From: Puniceicoccaceae bacterium
GTDB lineage: Bacteria > Verrucomicrobiota > Verrucomicrobiia > Opitutales > JAFGAQ01
Reading direction: 5' to 3'
DNA length: 64,000 bases
Assembly (NCBI GenBank): GCA_040224245.1
Contig: JBEGIR010000004.1
Coordinates: 26,707-90,706 of the forward strand
The notes beneath the pieces are model-generated. The model worked only from the letters and a program-made list of their open reading frames with translations, was not told where the DNA came from and did no database searches. Shown piece by piece: positions 28,028-38,905 of the stretch; position 1 is the stretch's first letter; the number at the start of each line of letters is the position of its first letter. The translations under genes were made by a program, and so were the position numbers.

Positions 28028-28303
28028 TTGGTTATGGCAGATGATGAAATTGAAGTGAGTGGCACAATTGTAGCGGTACTCCCGGGCACTATGTTCCGGG
28101 TAGAACTTGAAAATGGACACCGCGTCTTGGCCCACATTTCCGGAAAGCTCCGGAAAAATTTCATCAAGATCACCACTGGAGACATGGTGAAAATGATCAT
28201 GAGTCCATACGATCTCGAAAAGGCGCGCATCACCTATCGCATCAAGAATGCAAATACCCATCGCAACGCACCCCGTCGCAGTTACGGACCGCGTCGACGC
28301 TGA
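28028..28303 (+). CDS. infA: Translation initiation factor IF-1 with an 18-aa basic C-terminal tail
   Basis: S1-like core [63 protein letters not shown], followed by [20 protein letters not shown]. Confidence 0.9.
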   Translation: MVMADDEIEVSGTIVAVLPGTMFRVELENGHRVLAHISGKLRKNFIKITTGDMVKMIMSPYDLEKARITYRIKNANTHRNAPRRSYGPRRR

Positions 28304-28428
28304 TTTTGTTTTGAATAATCCCGATTTTGGAATAAAGCTTCCTCTGGAACTTTTCCGACGGTTGCGTGCATCAACCGCTTGAAGCGAGCTGACCGTCAAA
28401 TCGTTCATCACATCATCGAAGGAAAATC

Positions 28429-29391
28429 ATGGCATTAGCAACGAACATCATCGAAACCATCGGGAACACCCCACTGATCAAGCTGGAGCGCATCTCCAGA
28501 GAGGTCGGTGCAGAAATTTTCGTCAAAGGCGAATTCTTCAATCCGATGGCAAGTGTTAAGGATCGCATTGGCCGCGCAATGATTGAAGCCGCCGAACGCG
28601 ACGGAAAACTCAGCGCAGACAGCGTGGTCATCGAACCGACCTCTGGCAACACTGGCATCGCTCTCGCCTTTGTCTGCGCAGCCAAGGGCTACAAGTGCAT
28701 TCTCACCATGCCTGAGTCCATGTCACTCGAACGCCGGGTGCTGCTGCGCATGCTCGGCGCAGAGATTGTACTGACTCCGGCCCCCAAAGGCATGTCCGGA
28801 GCGATCGCCAAGGCTCAACAGCTGGTCGAAAAATACGGCAGCAAGGCCTTCATGCCACAACAGTTTGAAAACCCGGCCAACCCTGAAGTACACCGCAAAA
28901 CGACTGCTGAGGAAATCTGGAACGACATGGGTGGAAACATCGATGCATTCGTCTCAGGCGTCGGCACTGGTGGCACGATCACCGGGGTATCCGAGGTCAT
29001 CAAGGCACGCAAGGCCCTGCACTCCGTTGCAGTTGAGCCAGATGCGAGTCCCGTGATTTCAGGCGGCAATCCCGGACCCCACAAGATTCAGGGCCTCGGA
29101 GCAGGGTTTATTCCAAAGAACCTGAACACCGACATCGTCGATGAAGTGATTCAGGTGAGCAATGAAAATGCCCTGGCTACGGCGCAAATGCTGGCAACCA
29201 AGGAAGGCTTGCTGGGCGGAATTTCCACAGGAGCCAATGTCTGGGCGTCGATTCAGCTCGCCTCACGTCCCGAAATGGCGGGCAAGCGCATCGTCACCGT
29301 TGGCTGCAGCTTCGGTGAGCGCTACCTGAGCACGGCTCTGGCAGAAAAGGCACTCGAAGAAGCCAAGGCCCTGCAGGCCGAAGCCATTTGA
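28429..29391 (+). CDS. cysK: Cysteine synthase A (O-acetylserine sulfhydrylase), 320 aa
   Basis: PLP-lysine motif [21 protein letters not shown], and glycine loop [10 protein letters not shown]. Confidence 0.92.
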   Translation: MALATNIIETIGNTPLIKLERISREVGAEIFVKGEFFNPMASVKDRIGRAMIEAAERDGKLSADSVVIEPTSGNTGIALAFVCAAKGYKCILTMPESMSLERRVLLRMLGAEIVLTPAPKGMSGAIAKAQQLVEKYGSKAFMPQQFENPANPEVHRKTTAEEIWNDMGGNIDAFVSGVGTGGTITGVSEVIKARKALHSVAVEPDASPVISGGNPGPHKIQGLGAGFIPKNLNTDIVDEVIQVSNENALATAQMLATKEGLLGGISTGANVWASIQLASRPEMAGKRIVTVGCSFGERYLSTALAEKALEEAKALQAEAI

Positions 29392-29425
29392 GTGATCTCA
29401 CCGATAACATCCTGCTTTTCAAGAG

Positions 29426-29456
29426 GCGTCCGGGGAACAAATTCGGACGCTTTTTT
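29426..29456 (+). terminator. Rho-independent terminator of cysK
   Basis: GCGTCCG-gggaacaaatt-CGGACGC followed directly by TTTTTT, 35 nt after the cysK stop. Confidence 0.65.
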
Positions 29457-29526
29457 ATGGACGCGCTCGGTGCTTTCAATCGTCACCAGACTTGTTTCCC
29501 TGCCACTCATTTCCCATGATTGAACC

Positions 29527-30903
29527 ATGTGTGCGACATCATCGCATTCCTCCAAATCTGAGAACTCGTCTTCAACCGCCCGCGACAAGGGGTGGATGGA
29601 TTCCCTCTATGACCGCCTCGCCGAAGACGACGAAGGGCGGGTCTGCAAAGGTATCAGCGAGAAGGCCTGTCGTGAAACGCCGGGGAATTTTTTTAAATTC
29701 CTGGTTGCCAATGCATTCACGAGTGTCGGAGACAAACTGGCCAGTGCAAAGACCACGCTTCCCTGGTTGCTCAGCGCACTCGGCAGTCCTGCGTGGGTGA
29801 CCAGTTTACTGGTGCCGATCCGGGAAGCGGGTGCCATGGTGCCTCAACTATGGATCGGCGCATGGGTGCGCCAGCGTGCGGTTCGAAAATCGCTCTGGAC
29901 CCTGGGCAGCCTGCTACAAGGACTGGCACTCTTTGTCATGGCCTGGATTTCGGTCAGTCAGAGCGGCGCCGCAGCCGGAATTGGCATCCTGCTTTGCCTG
30001 ATCGGGTTCAGTCTCGCACGCGCGCTGTCCTCAGTCGCCTACAAGGACGTACTTGGAAAAACGATCCCAAAAACCCGGCGGGGCCGACTTTCGGGCTGGA
30101 TATCCGCACTGACCGGATTGGGATCGATGGTCGTGGGCGGGATGCTCGGATGGTTCGCCAAAGATGCCTCGATCAATAACTTGACCCTCTTGCTCAGTCT
30201 TTCGGGCGGGCTGTGGATCCTGGCTGCCTGGGTATTTCTTCAGATCGTGGAATTCCCGGGAGAGACTGACGGTGGCGAGGAGGGATGGTCGCACATGCTC
30301 GGACGCCTCTTGCTCCTTCGGGAGGATCGCGCTTTTCGCCGCTTCGTCGTCGCCCGGGCACTGGCGATGGGCAGCGCGTTGGCAGCACCGTTCTATGTGA
30401 GCATCGCGCGCGAGGATCTGGGTGATGCCAACCGCTATCTCGGACTCTTCCTCGCAGTCGAGGGACTTGCGGGCTTGCTGAGTGCTCCCCTTTGGGGCCG
30501 TTGGGCTGATCGCTCCAGTCGGCGCGTCTTCATCGTCGCGAATGCATTGGCTTCGGTGCTCACCCTGACCGTGGTCCTGGTGACGATCAGCAACCTGTCA
30601 GCGGCGGTTGCAATCTGGTTTTATCCGGCTGCGTTTTTTCTGCTGGGCCTTGCACACGCCGGAGTTCGCCTTGGCAGAAAAACCTATCTGGTCGACATGG
30701 CGGATGGAAATCAGCGGACCGACTATGTCGTTGTGAGCAATTCCGCGATGGGCATTTTGCTGCTTGCGGGAGGTCTCATCGGTGCGCTGCTCGCAAGTGT
30801 TTCGATTCTGCTTGCCTTGACGATCTTTGGCATCGCTGGACTTCTGGCCTCGTTTATCGCACTGCGCTGGAAGGAACTGAACCTTGACAACCCAACATCC
30901 TGA
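29527..30903 (+). CDS. MFS transporter, up to 458 aa
   Basis: 12-TM pattern after a hydrophilic, Cys-containing N-terminal segment (GRVCKGISEKACRETPGNFF). The start is ambiguous (29527 or ATG 29596, MDSLYDRL). Confidence 0.8.
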   Translation: MCATSSHSSKSENSSSTARDKGWMDSLYDRLAEDDEGRVCKGISEKACRETPGNFFKFLVANAFTSVGDKLASAKTTLPWLLSALGSPAWVTSLLVPIREAGAMVPQLWIGAWVRQRAVRKSLWTLGSLLQGLALFVMAWISVSQSGAAAGIGILLCLIGFSLARALSSVAYKDVLGKTIPKTRRGRLSGWISALTGLGSMVVGGMLGWFAKDASINNLTLLLSLSGGLWILAAWVFLQIVEFPGETDGGEEGWSHMLGRLLLLREDRAFRRFVVARALAMGSALAAPFYVSIAREDLGDANRYLGLFLAVEGLAGLLSAPLWGRWADRSSRRVFIVANALASVLTLTVVLVTISNLSAAVAIWFYPAAFFLLGLAHAGVRLGRKTYLVDMADGNQRTDYVVVSNSAMGILLLAGGLIGALLASVSILLALTIFGIAGLLASFIALRWKELNLDNPTS

Positions 30904-31000
30904 TCATGACCGCTTTGAGAATAAGTGCTCGATTGACAAATAAGGGGAGGCATGGGAGGATGAAACCTGTTCTCCAACCTGTCGGACAACACCGCTTTGG

Positions 31001-31630
31001 GTGACTCGACGGGAGAGTTCAGCTCGAATGAAATCGGACCCCTGTTCCTGTGTTCCACTGCTATCCCGACTCAGGGAAGCAACCCGCCCCATGCACGACC
31101 GCCTGGAGCACAATCACCGTATGGCGCAACTGCTCTCACCGGACCTGACACTCGATCAGTATGGCGAGGTATTGCAACGCTTTCATGCGCTGATTGATCC
31201 ATTCGAGAATCACCTGTGCAACTATGAATCCGATTGGGATCGGCTCGGATATCCGGCTCTGAATCGAACAAAAACCAGTCGTTTGCTTCGAGATCTCGAT
31301 TGGCTTGGCATTCAGCCGCTTTCGACCGCTGAGATTCCGGATGATGCAGTGTTGGCCTGTCACTGCTTTCCTGCTCTGCTCGGGTCGCTCTATGTGATCG
31401 AAGGCTCGTCGATGGGAGGAAGGGTGATCACACGCCACCTTCAAAAACACCTGAACATTCAACCCGATTCAGGCGGAGCCTATTTCTTCGGAGACGGGCC
31501 GCAAACCCACCGGCATTGGCGTACATTTCAGAACATGCTCGAGAACTACAGTTCGTTGGATTATGATACCGATGCAACCGTCGCGGCAGCCTGCGATGCA
31601 TTTTCCACCTTCGACAGAATGCTTCAATGA
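31001..31630 (+). CDS. bphO: Biliverdin-producing heme oxygenase (BphO-type)
   Basis: N-terminal helix LLSRLREATRPMHDRLEH with the proximal-His context. The stop overlaps the bphP start as ATGA (31627-31630). The tracked start is GTG at 31001; an in-frame ATG lies at 31028. Confidence 0.75.
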   Translation: MTRRESSARMKSDPCSCVPLLSRLREATRPMHDRLEHNHRMAQLLSPDLTLDQYGEVLQRFHALIDPFENHLCNYESDWDRLGYPALNRTKTSRLLRDLDWLGIQPLSTAEIPDDAVLACHCFPALLGSLYVIEGSSMGGRVITRHLQKHLNIQPDSGGAYFFGDGPQTHRHWRTFQNMLENYSSLDYDTDATVAAACDAFSTFDRMLQ

Positions 31631-34600
31631 GCGAACACACTGTCAACCCATCTAACGAGATTCCCCTGACCGAATGTGACGGGGAACAAATCCATCGCAT
31701 TGGAAGCATTCAGGCACACGGGTTACTGATCGCGGCAGAGGTGGAGTCCCTCCATGTTACCCATGTCAGTGCCAACGCTGAGAACTGGCTGCACCGACCG
31801 GTTTCAGCAATCCTCGGTTCCAGTCTGATGGATCTGTTGCCCGAACAGGCACAGCACTACCTCAAAAATCGCTCGAATCCCTCAAGTGGAAAGGAGTTTT
31901 ATTTTGCCATGGAATGCGAGGACCTGCGCCTGGATGCATCTCTGTTTCAAACAGACATGCACTGGGTCCTCGAACTCGAACCCTGCCAACTTTCCATGGC
32001 TTCCGACCCGCTGCGCGCTCCTTCACTTCTGCGCGACTGGAGCCAACAACTGCAGAAGTGCCAAGACTGGGAATGCACTGCTGCCCTGGCTGTGAAAGAA
32101 ATTCGCAACCTCACAGGCTACGACCGGGTCATGGTTTATCACTTCGAAGAAGACCAACACGGTCGGGTTGCAGCCGAGAGCAAGCGAGAGGACTGGGAAT
32201 CCTACCTGAATCTGCACTATCCCGCCACCGACATTCCCCTTCCCGCACGCCGTCTTTTTGTAGAACATCCATTGCGCCAAATTCCTGATGTACATGCCTC
32301 TTCGATTCCCATTATCGGCACCAGTGGAAGCGCGCAAGGCTCCGAACTCGACTTGACCCGCTCAGCACTGCGCCAACCCTCCTCTCTTCATGTTGAATAC
32401 CTGGGCAACATGGGAGTCGCGGCGACGCTCACCGCTTCCATTCTGTGTGAGAACCGTCTCTGCGGCCTCATTGCATGCCACCATGGCACTCCCATGCGAT
32501 TGTCACGACGCCTGCAGGCCAAGGTGCTGTCCATGGCTCAACTGCTCGGCCACCGCTATTCATTTCTGCAATCCCGCGCGGCATTGCGCCACCACACGGC
32601 ACGTACAAGCCTGGAGAACCTGATCCGCAATGCACCCTACCCTCCACAGAACTGGCTAGACAACCTGCAAGTTTCTTCATTTTCAGAATTGGTATCCCCT
32701 CACATCGAGTCGATCCTTCAGCTCACTCAATGCAGTGGCGTAGCTTTTCTTCTGGATCAATCCCTGATCACATTTGGTGATACACCGAATGCAGAAACCC
32801 TTCAGAAGTTACTGGATTATTTTGAGTCCGATACTTCGGAAGCATCCATTCACACCCATCAACTTACGCAGGATTTCCCCGATATCGCTATCGACATTGA
32901 AGCTCCAGCCGGGGTGTTGGTGCATTTCCACAACCGCGCAGAGCATCGTGCGGTAATCTGGATTCGCCCGGAAAAAGTCGAAGTCGTGAATTGGGCAGGT
33001 GATCCGCGCAAAACCATCGAAGCGGTAAGGGAAGGCAATCGAAGCATCGCTCCCCGTCAGTCGTTCAAGGTGTGGCAAGAGACAAACCGGGGAAAATCGG
33101 AACGTTGGGGTTATCTGGAAATCGAGTCAGCCCACGCACTCAGCCGAAGTCTATGGGCACGCTGGGATCACCTGCTCCGGATTCGTGCCGAAACAGAGTG
33201 GATCAAGGCTAAGGAGGCTGCCGAAAAGGCCAACCAGGCAAAATCTGAGTTCCTGGCTAACATGAGCCATGAGATTCGCACTCCGATGAATGGCATCATG
33301 GGGATGACTGGCTTACTACTCGAAACTTCACTCACGACCGAACAGCATGATTATGCACTGACCATAGAAAAGAGCGTCGATCATCTGCTCGTCATCATCA
33401 ATGACATTCTGGATCTCTCAAAAATTGAGGCGGGCAAACTCGAAATCGAATGGATCGAATTGAACATCCGGGAGGAGGTGGAAAACGCCGTATCCCTACT
33501 TGCAGAGCGTGCAGTGGAAAAGGGATTGAATCTCTTTGTATCGGTCGATGCCACCATTCCCGAAAGCGTTAAGGGTGATCCTGTGCGGCTACGGCAAATC
33601 CTCACCAATCTGGTCGGAAATGCCGTTAAATTCACAGAGCAGGGAGAAGTGGTCGTCGCTGTGCAACCTATCCCAGGATCTCCCCAAGGTCGATGCGGCA
33701 TTCGCTTTGAGGTTTCGGATACCGGTATTGGCATGTCCACCGATCAGGTTGAGCGGTTATTTCAAAAATTCGAGCAGGCCAGTGCAGAAATCAATCGTCG
33801 TTTTGGAGGAACTGGCCTCGGACTGGCCATATCCAAACAATTGACCGAACTGATGGGCGGCAGCATCGGGGTCAGCAGTACACCTGGTCGTGGATCTACC
33901 TTTCACTTCAGCATCGAATTTGAAGTGTTAAAGCCGCCACCACTGCCACTGCTGACACTGATCTCCCCATCCGAGGAACGGTACCGACACGTTCTGGTTG
34001 TCAGTGATTCCACGACCCAGCGGAGTCTGCTCAGCTCATTGCTACAGTCCTGGGGTTTTTGTGTTTCTTTTGCAACCGCTGCAGAAGAAGCCATGCAGCT
34101 ACTTCAACATCCACCAACTGGAAAAGACCAAACCGGAGTGGTCTGCATCGACTTGGAATTGCCCGAAAAGGAAGGGTTCCGTTTGGTCGATCAGATGGAG
34201 TCCGCTTCGGAGCTGGATGAAATCAAGCGCATCTTGCTAACAGCTGTGGGAAATCATCCTAAATTTGACGTTCCGGTGGAATTGCTCGTGAAACCCTTGC
34301 GGGAACGGGCCATGCGCAGTGCGCTTTGCAGGGCAGTCACTGGCGCCTCCCATGTGGACGGCATCACTCGCGTAATCCCAGAATCAACGGGCGAACAACG
34401 TTCCGGTATACGCATCCTCGTCGCTGAGGACAATCAGACCAATCGAAAGGTAACCCGCCGCCAACTTGAAAAACTCGGTTACCAAGTCGAATTTGCAGTG
34501 AATGGGAAACAGGCTGTGGAAGCACAACTCTTGCATTGCTTTGACCTCATTCTGATGGATGGACGCATGCCGGAAATGGATGGGTATGAAGCAACCCGGC

Positions 34601-34785
34601 AGATTCGCGGGAACGAGGCCCAAAAAGGGCTGCCAAGGGTTCCCATCATCGCGCTCACTGCAGAGGCCGGCACCGAAAATCAGGAACGTGCCATCGCAGC
34701 TGGCATGGACGCTCACCTGCCAAAACCCGTCAGGTTGAGAGATTTGAAGCTGATGCTGAAACGATTCGATAACTCAGACAACTGA
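31627..34785 (+). CDS. bphP: Bacteriophytochrome hybrid histidine kinase, 1052 aa (PAS-GAF-PHY, HisKA-HATPase, receiver-like domain, C-terminal REC)
   Basis: Cys17 (TGT 31675-31677) in [22 protein letters not shown] motifs [15 protein letters not shown] and [14 protein letters not shown] tongue WAGDP...[11 protein letters not shown]-box [17 protein letters not shown]-boxes DTGIGM and [20 protein letters not shown]...[13 protein letters not shown]. Confidence 0.9.
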   Translation: MSEHTVNPSNEIPLTECDGEQIHRIGSIQAHGLLIAAEVESLHVTHVSANAENWLHRPVSAILGSSLMDLLPEQAQHYLKNRSNPSSGKEFYFAMECEDLRLDASLFQTDMHWVLELEPCQLSMASDPLRAPSLLRDWSQQLQKCQDWECTAALAVKEIRNLTGYDRVMVYHFEEDQHGRVAAESKREDWESYLNLHYPATDIPLPARRLFVEHPLRQIPDVHASSIPIIGTSGSAQGSELDLTRSALRQPSSLHVEYLGNMGVAATLTASILCENRLCGLIACHHGTPMRLSRRLQAKVLSMAQLLGHRYSFLQSRAALRHHTARTSLENLIRNAPYPPQNWLDNLQVSSFSELVSPHIESILQLTQCSGVAFLLDQSLITFGDTPNAETLQKLLDYFESDTSEASIHTHQLTQDFPDIAIDIEAPAGVLVHFHNRAEHRAVIWIRPEKVEVVNWAGDPRKTIEAVREGNRSIAPRQSFKVWQETNRGKSERWGYLEIESAHALSRSLWARWDHLLRIRAETEWIKAKEAAEKANQAKSEFLANMSHEIRTPMNGIMGMTGLLLETSLTTEQHDYALTIEKSVDHLLVIINDILDLSKIEAGKLEIEWIELNIREEVENAVSLLAERAVEKGLNLFVSVDATIPESVKGDPVRLRQILTNLVGNAVKFTEQGEVVVAVQPIPGSPQGRCGIRFEVSDTGIGMSTDQVERLFQKFEQASAEINRRFGGTGLGLAISKQLTELMGGSIGVSSTPGRGSTFHFSIEFEVLKPPPLPLLTLISPSEERYRHVLVVSDSTTQRSLLSSLLQSWGFCVSFATAAEEAMQLLQHPPTGKDQTGVVCIDLELPEKEGFRLVDQMESASELDEIKRILLTAVGNHPKFDVPVELLVKPLRERAMRSALCRAVTGASHVDGITRVIPESTGEQRSGIRILVAEDNQTNRKVTRRQLEKLGYQVEFAVNGKQAVEAQLLHCFDLILMDGRMPEMDGYEATRQIRGNEAQKGLPRVPIIALTAEAGTENQERAIAAGMDAHLPKPVRLRDLKLMLKRFDNSDN

Positions 34786-34940
34786 TATCATCAACGATCT
34801 TGGAGGAATGCATTCCAGAAACCTCATCAGGAAGGATCCTGGATATTTGGGCAGCACCTTCATTCCGGTTTTGTCCGAGTTGAACACTTCTGCAAATCCA
34901 CTTTGAGCAAGGTGATCCCCGTTACCTGACAGCGTAACCC

Positions 34941-35285
34941 TCACCCCGGGGGCCAGGTGAGTGAGCGTTTTCCCAATAGGTGTACGTGTAAGTGGGGCAC
35001 CGTTTCGCCCCCAAACGACCCATTGTTGATCACCAATCGAAACCCCTGCTCCAATCCCAGCTTGCGCGAGAGTTCTCCCGCCACCCACATCAAATGCCCG
35101 ATCAGTTGTTGATCCTCAGGCAGCATCTCCGCGATGCGCGGAATCGGTTTTTTGGGAATGATCAGCACATGCACCGGTGCCTGTGGCTGGATGTCGTGAA
35201 TCACGATGCAGTGATCGTCCTCGTGTTCAATGTTTGCGGGAATCTCCCGCTCGATGATTTTAGTGAAGAGAGTTTTTTCGCTCAT
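34941..35285 (-). CDS. HIT-family (histidine triad) nucleotide-binding protein, 114 aa
   Basis: Histidine triad VPHLHVHLLG and N-terminal FTKIIEREIPA. Confidence 0.88.
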   Translation of the reverse strand: MSEKTLFTKIIEREIPANIEHEDDHCIVIHDIQPQAPVHVLIIPKKPIPRIAEMLPEDQQLIGHLMWVAGELSRKLGLEQGFRLVINNGSFGGETVPHLHVHLLGKRSLTWPPG

Positions 35286-35317
35286 GACAGTCGTTTGTAA
35301 TCAACACTCGGGATTGC

Positions 35318-35788
35318 TTAAATGTAAATGAGGTTGAGCTGATATCCATCGGGTTGCCATTCTGCGGCAACCGTTTCCAGATAGTCGCGTCGGTAACGGA
35401 ACTCCGTTTCCATCTTTTGTGTCCAGTACTTCTGATGGCCGCCCACAGTTTCACGCAGCCCAAAGACCACCACCGTGCTGGTGCGATAATGTCGCAGGGT
35501 TTCCAACTTCTCCAGAAATGAGGCACGCATCCAAAGGGGTTCGCAGTCGCTATCATCCAGGCTCCAGAAACACAGCCCCTGTCGCTTTTTCCCTTCGACA
35601 TGGATGTCGAGAATGTCCTGGGCAAACTTGGAGACCTGCATTGATTCCGATTCAACCGACTGCAGTTCGTCGATGTAAAAGTCCACCGCTTTGCGAATCT
35701 CGATCGCCTTCTCGGGATCGGAGGCGTGGATCACGCTCAGCAGCGAATTCAGGACCCGGAGCCGCTGTACAGGAGAGGTCTTAGGCAT
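35318..35788 (-). CDS. Hypothetical protein, 156 aa
   Basis: ATG-initiated ORF with normal amino-acid composition, 32 nt upstream of the HIT gene on the same strand. I recognise no motif. Confidence 0.45.
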   Translation of the reverse strand: MPKTSPVQRLRVLNSLLSVIHASDPEKAIEIRKAVDFYIDELQSVESESMQVSKFAQDILDIHVEGKKRQGLCFWSLDDSDCEPLWMRASFLEKLETLRHYRTSTVVVFGLRETVGGHQKYWTQKMETEFRYRRDYLETVAAEWQPDGYQLNLIYI

Positions 35789-36103
35789 CGACTGAAATGC
35801 AAACCGGATTCAGGAACAACGTAAAGCGCAAAGCTGGCGGTGTGAATAACTTGGTGGTTCCGGCAAGTTCTGCAAGCTCTTCTCCTCGACAGAAACGTCG
35901 GGATTTCCGCTGTCGAAATTGCTTCATACCCTTGAGATTGTTTGGAATTCAACTTCAGCGCACTGCAGGATACATCACCTTCGCGCGCAATTTTCGTCAG
36001 ATTTTTTTCCTGAAGCCCTATTTTAATGCAAATTCTTGCGAAGGGATTCCACTTGACTATATGGGTATTTTGGTATCCCACCCCACACAAAAATTCCCCA
36101 TGG

Positions 36104-36658
36104 ATGAGTGACCAACTCACAGAACTCGAAAGACCGGCATTCGGTATCGATGAGCTTTCGAGCATTGACCCTGAGATCTATGCCGAACTCAAAAAGCTTG
36201 CTGCCCGAAGAATGGCGCAGCAATACCGGGGGATCACGTACCAGCCCACCATGCTGGTTCATGAAGCATGGTTGCGCCTGTCGGCCAACAACAAAACGTG
36301 GAATGATCGCCAGCACTTTATTGCCACAGCTGCCATCACGATGCGGCATATCCTGGTCGACAACGCGCGCCGAAAATCCCGGCTGCGGAACGGCGGAGCC
36401 TATGTCCGGACCCAGAGTGATCGGATCGGCATGTTGGCCGCTCCGAGTCCGGATGATGCGATCATTCGGGTCGATGAGGGCGTCTGTGAACTGGAAAAGC
36501 TTCACCCCTTGAGAGCGCGGATCGTGATCGGCAGGTTTTTTGCGGGGCTGACCAATGCGGAGATTGCCGAAAGTCTCGGAATCGGTCAGCGAACCGTGGA
36601 ACGACACTGGTCCGCCGCAAAGCTGTGGCTCTACCGGTGGATGCAAAATACTATTTGA
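36104..36658 (+). CDS. ECF-type sigma factor of the PF07638/TIGR02999 kind, 184 aa
   Basis: ATG at 36104 (MSDQLTEL). Diagnostic stretch IYAELKKLAARRMAQQ...YQPTMLVHEAWLRL...RQHFIATAAITMRHILVDNARRK. Region 4 LTNAEIAESLGIGQRTVERHW. Confidence 0.8.
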   Translation: MSDQLTELERPAFGIDELSSIDPEIYAELKKLAARRMAQQYRGITYQPTMLVHEAWLRLSANNKTWNDRQHFIATAAITMRHILVDNARRKSRLRNGGAYVRTQSDRIGMLAAPSPDDAIIRVDEGVCELEKLHPLRARIVIGRFFAGLTNAEIAESLGIGQRTVERHWSAAKLWLYRWMQNTI

Positions 36659-36660
36659 AC

Positions 36661-38781
36661 ATGACGCCTACGGCCCCTCCAGAAATGCCGGACCGCGCAG
36701 AAGAAATCTTCCTAGAGGTTCTGGAAATTCAGGATCCCCTGGAACGTGAGATCCGGCTCGACGAATTGATTGATGGAGATCGAGAGCTGCGAACCTCCGT
36801 GCAATCCATGTTGGACGATTATCCGAAAGCATCAGAATTCTTCCAATTCACGACCCGGCATTTGAATTATCCCGAGGAACTCCTCCCCAACGAGCATCTC
36901 TACGAGGGAAACCTCATCGGTTCGTATCGCATCATCAAACTGCTCGACGAAGGGGGTAGCAGTAACGTTTACGAAGCGGAACAAACAGAACCCGTTCAGC
37001 GAAAAGTAGCCGTTAAAATCCTCAAGTTCGGCATGGACTCGAAGACGGTGATCCATCGCTTTGAGGCAGAACGTCAGACCCTTGCCATGCTGGAGCATCC
37101 AAACATTTCCCAAGTGTTCGACGCCGGGATTACCTCTCTGGGCAGACCCTTTTTTGTCATGGAATTGGTGGGTGGCGAGAAAATCACCAGCTTCTGTCGT
37201 CGGCACCAAACCTCGGTCGACCAACGGATTCGCCTGATGATCAAGGTTTGTTCTGCGGTGCAACACGCTCACAACAAAGGTGTCATCCATCGCGATATCA
37301 AACCCTCCAACATCCTGCTTTCTTCGGTCGATGGAATGCCCACACCCAAACTCATCGACTTTGGAATCGCCAAAGTCACGGATACTGCCAGTTCCGAAAT
37401 GAGAACGATGTTTGGGCAACCCATGGGCACACCTGCCTACATGAGTCCGGAGCAGATCCGTGGCGACTTGATCGACACCCGTTCCGATGTCTATAGCCTT
37501 GGCATTTTGCTCTACGAACTGCTTGCGGGGCGAACACCCATCGATAACGAAACACTGGTGGGCACCGGAACATACGAAATGCAACGGCGAGTCCTGTTCG
37601 ATATTCCTGCCAAACCCGTCAATCCCCGAACAAATCGGGAATCCAGTGCGAGAGAAGAACTCAACTGGATCGTGATGAAGGCAATCGAAAAGGATCGCGA
37701 AGATCGGTATTCGACCGCTCACGCACTCGCTGCAGATTTGGAGTGTTATCTGGCCAACGAACCCCTCAGGGCGCATCCTCCCAGTCGCCTCTACCGCTTC
37801 CGCAAACTCATTCAGCGAAATCGCCTGGCTTCAGCAACCACTGCCATCGCGATCATTGCATTGACCATCGGTTTTACCGTTTCGTCGTTAATGTATTTTC
37901 GGGCACGAGCTGCCGAAATCGAACAAACCCACCTCAAAGAGCTGGCCGAAGAACGCGCCTATGTGACCAAAGCCGCCATTTTGATCATGCAGGACAAAAT
38001 CGCGGAGGCCGATGCGGAAATTCAGCGAATGGGTGGACTGCTGACTCAACCCTCCATCGAAGCGACCAACGTCTTTCGCACCCTGGCACTGTGGAACGGA
38101 AAAAACGGAAACTGGAAAACTTCGGCAGACCGTTGGCTCGCCATGGCACGCGTCAACCAATTTGACGAGAGCGACATGTCGGAGAAGGTCACCGAAAATC
38201 TCCTGCCCATCGCCCCCATCCTCGTGATGACTGGGGACTTTGAACGCTACCACGAACACCAGAATTTCCTTCTGGAACGGCTTGCAAACACCCTCTATCC
38301 CATTGCCACCGAACACCTGATCAAGCTTTGCCTGCTGACCCCTGCGAACGAAGCACTGCTGGAACGTCTGAGACATGCCGCTGGCATTGCTGAAAGTTCG
38401 CTCCCGGGCGATGAAACCACAGCTCCCGCAGGCCGAATGGAATCCTGGCGCTGTGTCTCTCTCGCTCTCTGGTATTTGCGAAACCAGCAGCCACACGAGG
38501 CGCTCTCCTGGAGCAATCGCGCACTATTGTTTGAGGACTGGGAAAAGGCACGTAACTGCATTGCAACGTTGATCCGGGCGATGGCTCGGGAATCCATCGG
38601 AGATCGGCAAGGTGCCCTGTCCGACTTAAAAAGTGGACAAGCGGTCGTTTCTCTCTACCTGAATGATCCGATCGACAATCCTCGATTCGGTCACTTCCAC
38701 GATTGGCTCATCGCCGACATCATGCTCAAGGAGGCGCAGATGCGGATGAACGCGTCCGCAAGCCATTCTCCGCCTGCATGA
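36661..38781 (+). CDS. Ser/Thr protein kinase with one TM helix and a C-terminal helical-repeat (TPR-like) sensor domain, 706 aa
   Basis: ATG at 36661, 2 nt after the sigma stop. Hanks motifs VAVKILK, HRDIKPSNILL, DFGIAK and GTPAYMSPEQ. TM helix LASATTAIAIIALTIGFTVSSLMYF. Confidence 0.85.
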   Translation: MTPTAPPEMPDRAEEIFLEVLEIQDPLEREIRLDELIDGDRELRTSVQSMLDDYPKASEFFQFTTRHLNYPEELLPNEHLYEGNLIGSYRIIKLLDEGGSSNVYEAEQTEPVQRKVAVKILKFGMDSKTVIHRFEAERQTLAMLEHPNISQVFDAGITSLGRPFFVMELVGGEKITSFCRRHQTSVDQRIRLMIKVCSAVQHAHNKGVIHRDIKPSNILLSSVDGMPTPKLIDFGIAKVTDTASSEMRTMFGQPMGTPAYMSPEQIRGDLIDTRSDVYSLGILLYELLAGRTPIDNETLVGTGTYEMQRRVLFDIPAKPVNPRTNRESSAREELNWIVMKAIEKDREDRYSTAHALAADLECYLANEPLRAHPPSRLYRFRKLIQRNRLASATTAIAIIALTIGFTVSSLMYFRARAAEIEQTHLKELAEERAYVTKAAILIMQDKIAEADAEIQRMGGLLTQPSIEATNVFRTLALWNGKNGNWKTSADRWLAMARVNQFDESDMSEKVTENLLPIAPILVMTGDFERYHEHQNFLLERLANTLYPIATEHLIKLCLLTPANEALLERLRHAAGIAESSLPGDETTAPAGRMESWRCVSLALWYLRNQQPHEALSWSNRALLFEDWEKARNCIATLIRAMARESIGDRQGALSDLKSGQAVVSLYLNDPIDNPRFGHFHDWLIADIMLKEAQMRMNASASHSPPA

Positions 38782-38905
38782 TCACCGGGAATTTGTAGAA
38801 CACTTAACGCACGACTCATGACGCCCCAGATCTTCAGTCCATCCAGTCCACATTCTGTTAACCGCAGCTCTGGGCAACGGAAACCCATGCGCTACACCGA
38901 TCAAC

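Noticed and set aside
36832-37776. 314-aa minus-strand ORF
   Set aside because: Antisense to the Ser/Thr kinase catalytic domain, where all Hanks motifs are on the plus strand.
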